NCBI RefSeq assembly: GCF_000015805.1
Contig: NC_009073.1
Location: forward strand, 660,001-692,000
Length of the DNA stretch: 32,000 bases
Direction: 5' to 3'
DNA from: Pyrobaculum calidifontis JCM 11548
Lineage (GTDB): Archaea > Thermoproteota > Thermoprotei > Thermoproteales > Thermoproteaceae
Each line of letters begins with the position of its first letter. Positions within the stretch are counted from its first letter, which is position 1. Shown here piece by piece: positions 26,037 through 32,000 of the stretch. The notes under the pieces were generated by a model. The model ran no database searches. It saw only the letters and a list, made by a program, of their open reading frames with translations, and was not told the origin of the DNA. The translations under genes were made by a program, and so were the position numbers.

Positions 26037-26558
26037 TTATATCTCCGGCATTTTACATGCAGATATTTTCGCAAGTAAGGCCGGCATCACCTCTCTATAG
26101 AGGAGGGCTGGCACTACGTAGACGTCGCGGCCGAGCTCCGCCTCTCTGAGGTCGTATTCTCTAAGCATTTTCCTATATTCCGCGTTCATCGATCTAAGCG
26201 CTTTTCTGATCCTTCTGGGAACGTTTGTCATTATTACTAGGTAGCGCGTTCGCCCTGACTTTGGCATCTTTTCTAGCTTTTTTACCAGTTTTTCTATGTA
26301 TTTCTTGCCACCTACTTCGTGCCCTACCTCAGATTCTATGACCACTTCTATGTCGCCGTAGGTTAAAACTACGTCTACTCCTTCTTCGCTACCTGGGCTT
26401 ATCTTCTCTATTTCAAAGCCTAGGGCCCTTGCGATTGCTATTATGTCTATGAGAGAGTAGTCGTGTAGCGTCTCTGCGGCATTATCTACGAATTTCCTGA
26501 GAGATACCCTTTCAGGTTTGCGCTCTTGCGAATCTTGGTCTTGTCTCGGCTTCGGCAT
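26037..26558 (-). CDS. Hypothetical protein (173 aa), possibly restriction-endonuclease-like fold
   Basis: The middle gene of a tight operon, with 2-nt gaps on both sides. The segment ALGFEIEKISPGSEEGVDVVLTYGDIEVVIESEVG resembles the E...D...ExK core of Mrr/PD-(D/E)xK proteins, but it has E-S-E in place of ExK. Confidence 0.6.
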   Translation of the reverse strand: MPKPRQDQDSQERKPERVSLRKFVDNAAETLHDYSLIDIIAIARALGFEIEKISPGSEEGVDVVLTYGDIEVVIESEVGHEVGGKKYIEKLVKKLEKMPKSGRTRYLVIMTNVPRRIRKALRSMNAEYRKMLREYDLREAELGRDVYVVPALLYREVMPALLAKISACKMPEI

Positions 26559-26560
26559 GT

Positions 26561-27049
26561 CTAGGCTATTTTAACGTAGATGCCCATTGATTTCAGTTTT
26601 TCTCTGAGTTTCTCTAGCACGGTCTCTGCCTCGTGGGGTGGGGCCTCGCCTATCCCGTAGCCGTCTACGTAGTTTTCCAAGTGCGTGAAGTAGGCGCCTA
26701 GGGGCTCCTCGGAGTATATGATGATGTAGAAGGAGACGCGCCATGGGAATAAGACCTTGCCCTTGTTGACTTCCTCTGGCCAGACGGGCGTCTGGTCGTC
26801 GTAGAATCTATCCTTCGCTATGCCTACGGCGTGTATGTCGCCGCTTTTGGCGAGTTGGAAAAATACCACGTCGCCAGCCGAGAGGTTGTTGTAGAGGTGG
26901 AGGAATTGCCGCCAGTTTTTTGCAAGTGTTGACTTTTTCCTGCTTGACTTACTGTCGTGCGGCTTTTTCCAAAAGCCCCAGAGGAGCCTCTCGCTGGCGG
27001 TTTTTATGTTCTCTTTGTTCTTGGAGGCGAATACCCAGTACTTGCCCAT
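26561..27049 (-). CDS. EVE/PUA-like domain protein (162 aa)
   Basis: The pattern KYWVFASKN...LLWGFWKK...GDVVFFQLAKSGDIHAVGIAKDRFYDD...VLFPWRVSF is EVE-type. A tttttatc box lies about 27 nt upstream on the minus strand. Confidence 0.7.
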   Translation of the reverse strand: MGKYWVFASKNKENIKTASERLLWGFWKKPHDSKSSRKKSTLAKNWRQFLHLYNNLSAGDVVFFQLAKSGDIHAVGIAKDRFYDDQTPVWPEEVNKGKVLFPWRVSFYIIIYSEEPLGAYFTHLENYVDGYGIGEAPPHEAETVLEKLREKLKSMGIYVKIA

Positions 27050-27092
27050 GTTGCCTAGAAAGCGTGCTGATAAAAATTCGTGTTTATTCGTT

Positions 27093-27512
27093 TTACTGGG
27101 TTTGGCTTGTCATTTGTTTGTGTGTTTCCATCATGCAGGTGTCTTCGATTAGGGTGATGCCTTCTTGTTCTAGTTGTTGTTTTACTTCGGGGGGTGCTCT
27201 TATGCCTAGTTGTAGCCATAGTACTTTGACGTCTCCTCTTTCCCTCTTGCGTTTGATTACTTCCTGTGCTATTTTGGGGACTTCTTCGCTTGGTCTGAAG
27301 ACGTTTACTACCTCTATCTCGTGTGGTATTTCTAGGATGTTTGGGTAGGCTTTTTCGCCGAGGATTTCGGTGGCTGTGGGGTTTACGGGTATGATTTTGT
27401 AGCCGTGTTCTTTGAGGTATTTTGGCACTATGTGGGCCCACTTGGTGGGGTCTTTTGAGGCGCCGACTACGGCGACTGTGCGGTGGCGTTTGAGGACTTC
27501 TTGTGGGTTCAT
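27093..27512 (-). CDS. CoA-binding domain protein (YccU/YneT-like)
   Basis: The pattern RTVAVVGASKDPTKWAHIVPKYLKEHGYKIIPVNP and the ~140 aa size match the family. Confidence 0.85.
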   Translation of the reverse strand: MNPQEVLKRHRTVAVVGASKDPTKWAHIVPKYLKEHGYKIIPVNPTATEILGEKAYPNILEIPHEIEVVNVFRPSEEVPKIAQEVIKRKRERGDVKVLWLQLGIRAPPEVKQQLEQEGITLIEDTCMMETHKQMTSQTQ

Positions 27513-27513
27513 G

Positions 27514-27687
27514 TCAGTGGTGGTGTGGCATTCCTTGTGGGCCGTGGGTGAGGTAGTATTCTGGGTTTTTTTCGAAGGCTTCTTTGCACATGGGTGAGCA
27601 GAAGTAGTAGGGCTTGCCTTTGTAGAGGGTTTTCCACTTGGCCGTGGCTGGGTCTACTTCCATTCCGCATACTGGGTCTTTGACCAT
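27514..27687 (-). CDS. TRASH/YHS-domain metal (copper) binding protein, 57 aa; absent from the supplied ORF track
   Basis: My own translation is MVKDPVCGMEVDPATAKWKTLYKGKPYYFCSPMCKEAFEKNPEYYLTHGPQGMPHHH. The DPVCGM...YYFCS..C..F signature defines TRASH/YHS, and there is a His-rich tail. It is divergent from copA, and its stop lies 1 nt from the next ATG (TGAcATG). Confidence 0.8.
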   Translation of the reverse strand: MVKDPVCGMEVDPATAKWKTLYKGKPYYFCSPMCKEAFEKNPEYYLTHGPQGMPHHH

Positions 27688-27728
27688 GTACCCACCGCGG
27701 CTGGCATATATATTTATTTGGGGGCATC
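27688..27728. promoter_or_regulatory. Divergent promoter between the TRASH gene and copA (catatatatttattt)
   Basis: The only AT-rich stretch (27705-27719) lies in the 41-bp gap between two divergent metal-related genes. Confidence 0.5.
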
Positions 27729-30107
27729 GTGCTGGGTGTGGAGGTGAAGGTTGGGGTTAGGGTTGGGGGGCGTAGTGCCGTGGTTAAGGTTTTGGGGATG
27801 CACTGTGCCACTTGTTCTCTCACTGTGCAGAGGGCTCTTCTCTCTGTGCGGGGGGTGAGGTGGGCTGAGGCTTCTCTTGCCAGTGGCGAGGCTAGGCTTG
27901 TGGTTGATCCCGAGGTGTTGGATTGGGGGGAGTTGCTGAGGGCTGTGCGGGGGGTGGGGTACGACGTGTATAGGGAGTCTGCTCACATAGTGGCGGACTT
28001 CCGCCCGGAGGAGGTGGAGGCTGTGGAGAGGGCGGCGGGGGGCTGGGGGGTTTTCTATGTGCGGGCGAGCCCGGCGGCTGGGGTGGTGTATGTGGAGTAT
28101 AACCCTCTTGAGACGTCTGTGGAGGAGGTGGCGGAGAGGGTGGCTAGGGCTGGTTTTAGGGTGAGGGAGGTGAGGAGGGGGGAGGTGGGGGTGGACGTGG
28201 ATAGGAGGGCTGTGGAGGCGGAGGTGAGGGATTTGGGGAAGAGGCTTGTCCCGGCGGCGGTCGCGGCGGCGGTGTTGATGTTGGCCATGGTGGGGGTCCT
28301 GCATGTTCCTCCGTTGGCGCAGTTGGCGTTGGCTGGCGTGGCGCAGTTCTACTCTGGGTGGAGGTTTCTCTGGGGGGCGGCGCGGGCTTTTAGGAATGGG
28401 ACGGCGAATATGGACACGTTGGTGGCGTTGGGGACCCTTTCCACTTTCCTCTACAGCTCCTATGCCGTGGCTGTGGGGGGCCACGCCTTTTTTGAGGCGT
28501 CGGCGGCGGTTATCGCCTTTGTGTTGGCGGGGAGGTACGTGGAGGCTCTCATGAGGCTTAGGACTGGGGAGGCTGTGAAGAGGCTGGCGCAGCTTCAGCC
28601 GCCGAGGGCCAGGGTGAAGAGGGGGGAGGGCTGGGTGGAGGTGGAGGCGTCTGGGGTTGGGGCTGGGGAGTTGGTGGAGGTGCGGGAGGGGGAGCGGGTG
28701 CCGGTGGACGGCTACGTGGAGGAGGGGGTTGGGCTGGTGGACGAGTCTGCCTTTACTGGGGAGCCTCTCCCCGTGGAGAAGGGGCGGGGCGACTTGGTGC
28801 TGGCTGGCACGGCGCTGGTGAGGGGGAGGCTGGTGGTTAGGGCCACTAGGTCTGGGAGGCACACCTACCTTGCCGAGGTGGTTAAGCTTGTGAGGCAGGC
28901 GCAGAACGCGCGGCTGCCTATTCAGAGGCTTGTGGATAGGGTGGCTGGTGTATTCACCTGGGTGGTCATCGGCGTTGCGGTCGCCACCTTTGTGGGGTGG
29001 AGCGCCGTGGGGGCGCCGCTTTCGCAGGCCCTCTTGTTCACTGCGTCTGTCCTCGTGGTGGCTTGTCCCTGCGCCTTGGGCCTCGCCACGCCTCTGGCGG
29101 TGGTGGTGGGGGTGGGGAGGGCGGCGGAGAGGGGGCTCTTGATTAAGAACGTGGAGGCTGTGGAGAAGGCTCTTAGGGCTAGGTACGTGGCGTTTGACAA
29201 AACTGGCACGTTGACGGTGGGCGCCCCCAGGGTGGCCAAGTTTGTGGGGGACGGGGAGGCCTTGGCGTTGGCGGCCTCAGCCGAGGCTAAGTCTACGCAT
29301 CCGTTGGGCAAGGCGTTGGTGGAGTACGCGGTGGAGAGGGGGGTCCGCCTGGCGGAGCCGGAGTTCTTTGACACTTTCCCGGGGCAGGGGGTCTACGCCA
29401 GGGTGGACGGGGCCGTGGTGGGCGTGGGGAATGAGAAGCTGGTGGAGGGGCTTGGCGCGTCTATCCCCGAGGATCTGCGGAGGGCGGCGGAGGAGCTGAG
29501 GGGGGAGGGGTACACGGTGGCGTACGTGGTTGTGGACGGCGTGGTGAGGGGGGTGGTTGCGGTGGGGGACGAGGTGAGGAGGGAGGCGGCCGAGGTGGTG
29601 AAGAGGCTGAGGGCCATGGGGCTGGAGCCGGTGGTGGTGTCGGGGGACCACGAGGCGGCGGTGGCCAAGGTAGCCGCGAGGCTGGGCATTGAGAGGTTCT
29701 ACGGCGGCGCCGACCCCGCGGCCAAGGCCGAGGTGGTGAGGAGGCTGAAGAGGGAGGGGGGCGTCATCTTCATCGGCGATGGGGTAAACGACGCCCCTGC
29801 GCTGGCCGAGGCGGACGTGGGAATTGCGGTGGCCTCGGGGACCGAGGTGGCTAAGGAGGCTGGGGACGTGGTGGTGAGGAGGGGGGACTTGGCCAAGGTG
29901 GTGGAGTTCCTCGAGCTGTCTAGGAAGATCGTGGGCACGGCCCGCTTCAACCTCTTCTGGGCCTTTTTCTACAACGTAGTGCTTATACCTGTGGCGGCTG
30001 GGGCCTTCTACCCCGCGTTGTACCTCCGCCCGGAGTACGCCGGGTTGGCCATGGCGCTGAGTAGCATCTCAGTCACGTTGAACGCCCTGAGGCTTAGAAG
30101 GGCGTAG
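27729..30107 (+). CDS. copA: Copper-translocating P1B-type ATPase
   Basis: The N-terminal HMA domain carries GMHCATC. The TM CPC motif is ACPCALGLATP, the phosphorylation site is FDKTGTLT, and the hinge is GDGVNDAPAL. The exact GTG start is uncertain. Confidence 0.93.
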   Translation: MLGVEVKVGVRVGGRSAVVKVLGMHCATCSLTVQRALLSVRGVRWAEASLASGEARLVVDPEVLDWGELLRAVRGVGYDVYRESAHIVADFRPEEVEAVERAAGGWGVFYVRASPAAGVVYVEYNPLETSVEEVAERVARAGFRVREVRRGEVGVDVDRRAVEAEVRDLGKRLVPAAVAAAVLMLAMVGVLHVPPLAQLALAGVAQFYSGWRFLWGAARAFRNGTANMDTLVALGTLSTFLYSSYAVAVGGHAFFEASAAVIAFVLAGRYVEALMRLRTGEAVKRLAQLQPPRARVKRGEGWVEVEASGVGAGELVEVREGERVPVDGYVEEGVGLVDESAFTGEPLPVEKGRGDLVLAGTALVRGRLVVRATRSGRHTYLAEVVKLVRQAQNARLPIQRLVDRVAGVFTWVVIGVAVATFVGWSAVGAPLSQALLFTASVLVVACPCALGLATPLAVVVGVGRAAERGLLIKNVEAVEKALRARYVAFDKTGTLTVGAPRVAKFVGDGEALALAASAEAKSTHPLGKALVEYAVERGVRLAEPEFFDTFPGQGVYARVDGAVVGVGNEKLVEGLGASIPEDLRRAAEELRGEGYTVAYVVVDGVVRGVVAVGDEVRREAAEVVKRLRAMGLEPVVVSGDHEAAVAKVAARLGIERFYGGADPAAKAEVVRRLKREGGVIFIGDGVNDAPALAEADVGIAVASGTEVAKEAGDVVVRRGDLAKVVEFLELSRKIVGTARFNLFWAFFYNVVLIPVAAGAFYPALYLRPEYAGLAMALSSISVTLNALRLRRA

Positions 30108-30531
30108 GGGTGTGGGGGCGGGGGAGGGGCATCTCCCGCCAGCCGTGTGGGTAGAAGTGTAGTGGCAGGGAGGGGGGCGTGGGGCTGTGCCACGTGAGCT
30201 GGCCCAGCGCGGCCAAGATGAGGAGCACCAGCAGTAGGGCGAGGAAGGTGGCCAACATGCCGGCCTTTGCGAGGGCGGATAGGGTGTACAGGGCGGCGAG
30301 GAAGCCCAAGAGGAGTGCGAGGGGCGCGGCGAGTAGTAGGAGGAAGGGCGCCGCCACGGCGAGGGCGCCTATGGACAGGGCGGTCAGCACGGCGCCCGCT
30401 ATGAAGGCTATGGGGGCGAGGATTATGCCTAGCAACACCCCGAGGGGGTTGACGGCCCTCCCGGCCAGCAGGCTCATCAGAGCCCATAGGAGGACCCAGA
30501 ATCCCACCAGCCAGAGCAAGAGGTCAACCAC
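30094..30531 (-). CDS. Hypothetical membrane protein (145 aa)
   Basis: The protein has four strongly hydrophobic segments and a GTG start. Its 3' end overlaps copA by 14 nt. Confidence 0.55.
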   Translation of the reverse strand: MVDLLLWLVGFWVLLWALMSLLAGRAVNPLGVLLGIILAPIAFIAGAVLTALSIGALAVAAPFLLLLAAPLALLLGFLAALYTLSALAKAGMLATFLALLLVLLILAALGQLTWHSPTPPSLPLHFYPHGWREMPLPRPHTPTPF

Positions 30532-30553
30532 GTAGAAAAAAGAACTTGGAGGT

Positions 30554-31450
30554 TTAGAGGTTTATTCCCAGTCTCTTGGCGATTCTCTCAAAGTCGTCTT
30601 TGTATAGGCCGGGGGCGAATTCCTCGGGGACTTCTGGTAGTTCTAGGTATTCTCCTCCCTCGGGAGGTCCGTCGTGTACTTGTAGCGGCTGGCCGTCGGC
30701 TGGGTGGGCTCCCTTCCAGATTTTTTCTATGTCTTTGTAGTCGCTTGGGCTAAATCTGTACAGTGTCCTGTGTACTCCCATTTTCATGTACTTGGCGGCT
30801 TCTGGGAATTTGGAGTCCTCTATCTTGGGTATGGGTAGCATTCTCCACACTTCTACCCCTGTCAGAGCCTCTAGGGCTTTGCCGTATGCCATGGCGTGTA
30901 CGCCGCCGCGCACCAGTAGGTAGCCGATCATTTCCCGGGCCACTGGGTTGTCTGTCATCTCGTATACCCTGATTTTGGCTAGGCGTGCCCCAACCTCTAG
31001 GAAGAAGTTGTATAGGAAGTCTAGCACTAGGTTGCCGCTTACGAATATGTAGTCGCCGCGCCACGGCGTTCCGTGGGAGTCCATGGGGAAGGCGCCGAGG
31101 CCTGTGTTTATCGCGTGGTAGGTGTTTCTCACGTCTTTTAGGGGCTTTAGTGGGGCTTGGTCTGGGGGCGCCGGCTTTGTGGAGCCCACATATAGGGCGT
31201 TTACCACGGCGGATACCAGCTCGATGTGACCGAGTTCCTCTGTGGCTATGTTGGAGACCAGGTCTCTAAAGGGCTTTATGGCTGGGTTTTTGTGCATGCG
31301 GAAGTTGAAGGATTGGTAAGTGTACGTCATCAACGTGTTCATTTCCCCAAATCTGCCCCCAAGCAACTCGCTGACGGCTGCCGCGGCGTTGGGGTCAGGC
31401 TCTTTTGGAGCTGGCAGTTGTATTTGGAGCCGGTCTATTCTTAGGTACAT
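30554..31450 (-). CDS. Manganese (non-haem, dimanganese) catalase
   Basis: The segment MYLRIDRLQIQLPAPKEPDPNAAAAVSELLGGRFGEMNTLMTYTYQSFNFR...ATEELGHIELV closely matches the conserved Mn-catalase N-terminal four-helix-bundle ligand region. Confidence 0.93.
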   Translation of the reverse strand: MYLRIDRLQIQLPAPKEPDPNAAAAVSELLGGRFGEMNTLMTYTYQSFNFRMHKNPAIKPFRDLVSNIATEELGHIELVSAVVNALYVGSTKPAPPDQAPLKPLKDVRNTYHAINTGLGAFPMDSHGTPWRGDYIFVSGNLVLDFLYNFFLEVGARLAKIRVYEMTDNPVAREMIGYLLVRGGVHAMAYGKALEALTGVEVWRMLPIPKIEDSKFPEAAKYMKMGVHRTLYRFSPSDYKDIEKIWKGAHPADGQPLQVHDGPPEGGEYLELPEVPEEFAPGLYKDDFERIAKRLGINL

Positions 31451-31454
31451 GCCA

Positions 31455-31568
31455 TTAACTTCGAAAATACCTTATAAGTATTAACTTCGTTAAAAAACGT
31501 GGCACATTATTAACTCAGTTAAATGGGAATATCGAGTGGGCTAACCCACTTCGCGTTAACGATGTTAA
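31455..31568. promoter_or_regulatory. Array of TTAAC-N3-GTTAA operator-like palindromes around the catalase promoter
   Basis: Perfect 13-bp palindromes occur at 31481-31493 (ttaacttcgttaa), 31510-31522 (ttaactcagttaa) and 31556-31568 (ttaacgatgttaa). There is a half-degenerate copy at 31455-31467. The TATA-like cttataag box at 31471-31478 lies about 25 nt upstream of the start at 31450. Confidence 0.5.
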
Positions 31569-31613
31569 TGAGGCCGCCGACCGCGGGAGTGCCCCCGACC
31601 GCCTCGCCGAGGC

Positions 31614-32000
31614 TTAGAGAAGTAGGTATAGAAATGCGCCTATTAGCAAAAGCAGAGTTACATATCTCCTAAGCCTGGTCTTCTGCACAGCTGCGCCAGC
31701 CGCCGAGACCGCGGCCACGTGGAATACGCCGAAGAGGAACATTGCGAGAAATCTCTCTAAAGGCGTGGCTAGGAGCGCCAGTGCCAGAGTTCCGGCAATC
31801 CCTAGGAAGGGGAGGAGGCAAGGCAGAGACAGAAACGGCGAAAATGCCCCTGCTAGAAAGTCTGAGCCCTTGGACAGCTTGTGAAATAGAGTCTGCACCC
31901 TCCAGAGAGGCGCCCGCGGGCCCAGCAAATACGCGGCGCCGAAGAGGGCGATTAAGGCCGCGGCTGTGTACTTGTCTAAGACAAGTGGCGCCCCCAATAG
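31614..32000 (-). CDS. Membrane protein, 3' part (continues beyond the window); tentatively CcdA/DsbD-like
   Basis: The frame stays open to base 32000. The protein has hydrophobic segments and an LSLPCLLPFLG motif reminiscent of DsbD/CcdA-type transmembrane proteins. The functional call is weak. Confidence 0.5.
   Translation of the reverse strand, partial: LLGAPLVLDKYTAAALIALFGAAYLLGPRAPLWRVQTLFHKLSKGSDFLAGAFSPFLSLPCLLPFLGIAGTLALALLATPLERFLAMFLFGVFHVAAVSAAGAAVQKTRLRRYVTLLLLIGAFLYLLL

Noticed and set aside
27509-27823. The 104-aa minus-strand ORF listed in the track.
   Set aside because: The translation is T/P/R-rich and non-protein-like, and it spans the promoter gap. A different frame in the same place encodes a clear TRASH/YHS protein (27514..27687).
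27714-28862. A 382-aa minus-strand ORF opposite copA, plus other minus-strand ORFs up to 29950.
   Set aside because: They are P/R/H-rich shadow ORFs. The plus strand carries all the P-type ATPase signature motifs.
1-32000. A search for CRISPR repeats, IS elements or transposases, integrases, rRNA and tRNA genes.
   Set aside because: I saw no regularly spaced direct repeats. No ORF has transposase or integrase motifs (DDE; R..H..R..Y). I recognised no rRNA-like or cloverleaf-forming segments by eye. tRNAscan/Infernal would be the definitive check.

Overview
This is a GC-rich, very tightly packed archaeal chromosome segment. The gene content includes a family-B DNA polymerase, an A/V-type ATPase B subunit, diphthine synthase, TruA and a Mn catalase. 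GTG starts are frequent, and AT-rich TATA-like boxes sit about 20-27 nt upstream of start codons, which is a leaderless style. Together these suggest a hyperthermophilic crenarchaeon of the Pyrobaculum/Thermoproteus type; this is an inference, not a database result.

Layout:
- 1-8.1 kb: housekeeping genes.
- 8.13-8.98 kb: an unusual 0.84-kb gene-free stretch with RNA-like structure and a decayed Cys-rich ORF.
- 9-14.7 kb: membrane transporters and small metabolic genes.
- 14.75-24.0 kb: a defence-type island. It holds a DUF1156/COG1743-like Zn-ribbon DNA methylase, a 1019-aa DUF499/BrxC-like P-loop ATPase and a coupled 124-aa ORF. These face a PUA/EVE-like protein that is translationally coupled to an SNF2 helicase with a C-terminal PD-(D/E)xK-like domain.
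- 24.0-27.05 kb: visibly AT-richer. It holds two orphan genes and a tight three-gene operon (EVE-like, nuclease-like unknown, MazG-like NTP pyrophosphohydrolase). This operon looks like a second, uncharacterised module.
- 27.1-32 kb: metal and oxidative stress genes. These are a CoA-binding protein, an unlisted 57-aa TRASH/YHS copper protein, the CopA P-type ATPase, and a Mn catalase preceded by three perfect TTAAC-N3-GTTAA palindromes.

I found no tRNA, rRNA, CRISPR array, transposase or integrase. Several ORFs in the supplied track are over-extended at the 5' end. I revised those starts using homology onset and TATA-box spacing.
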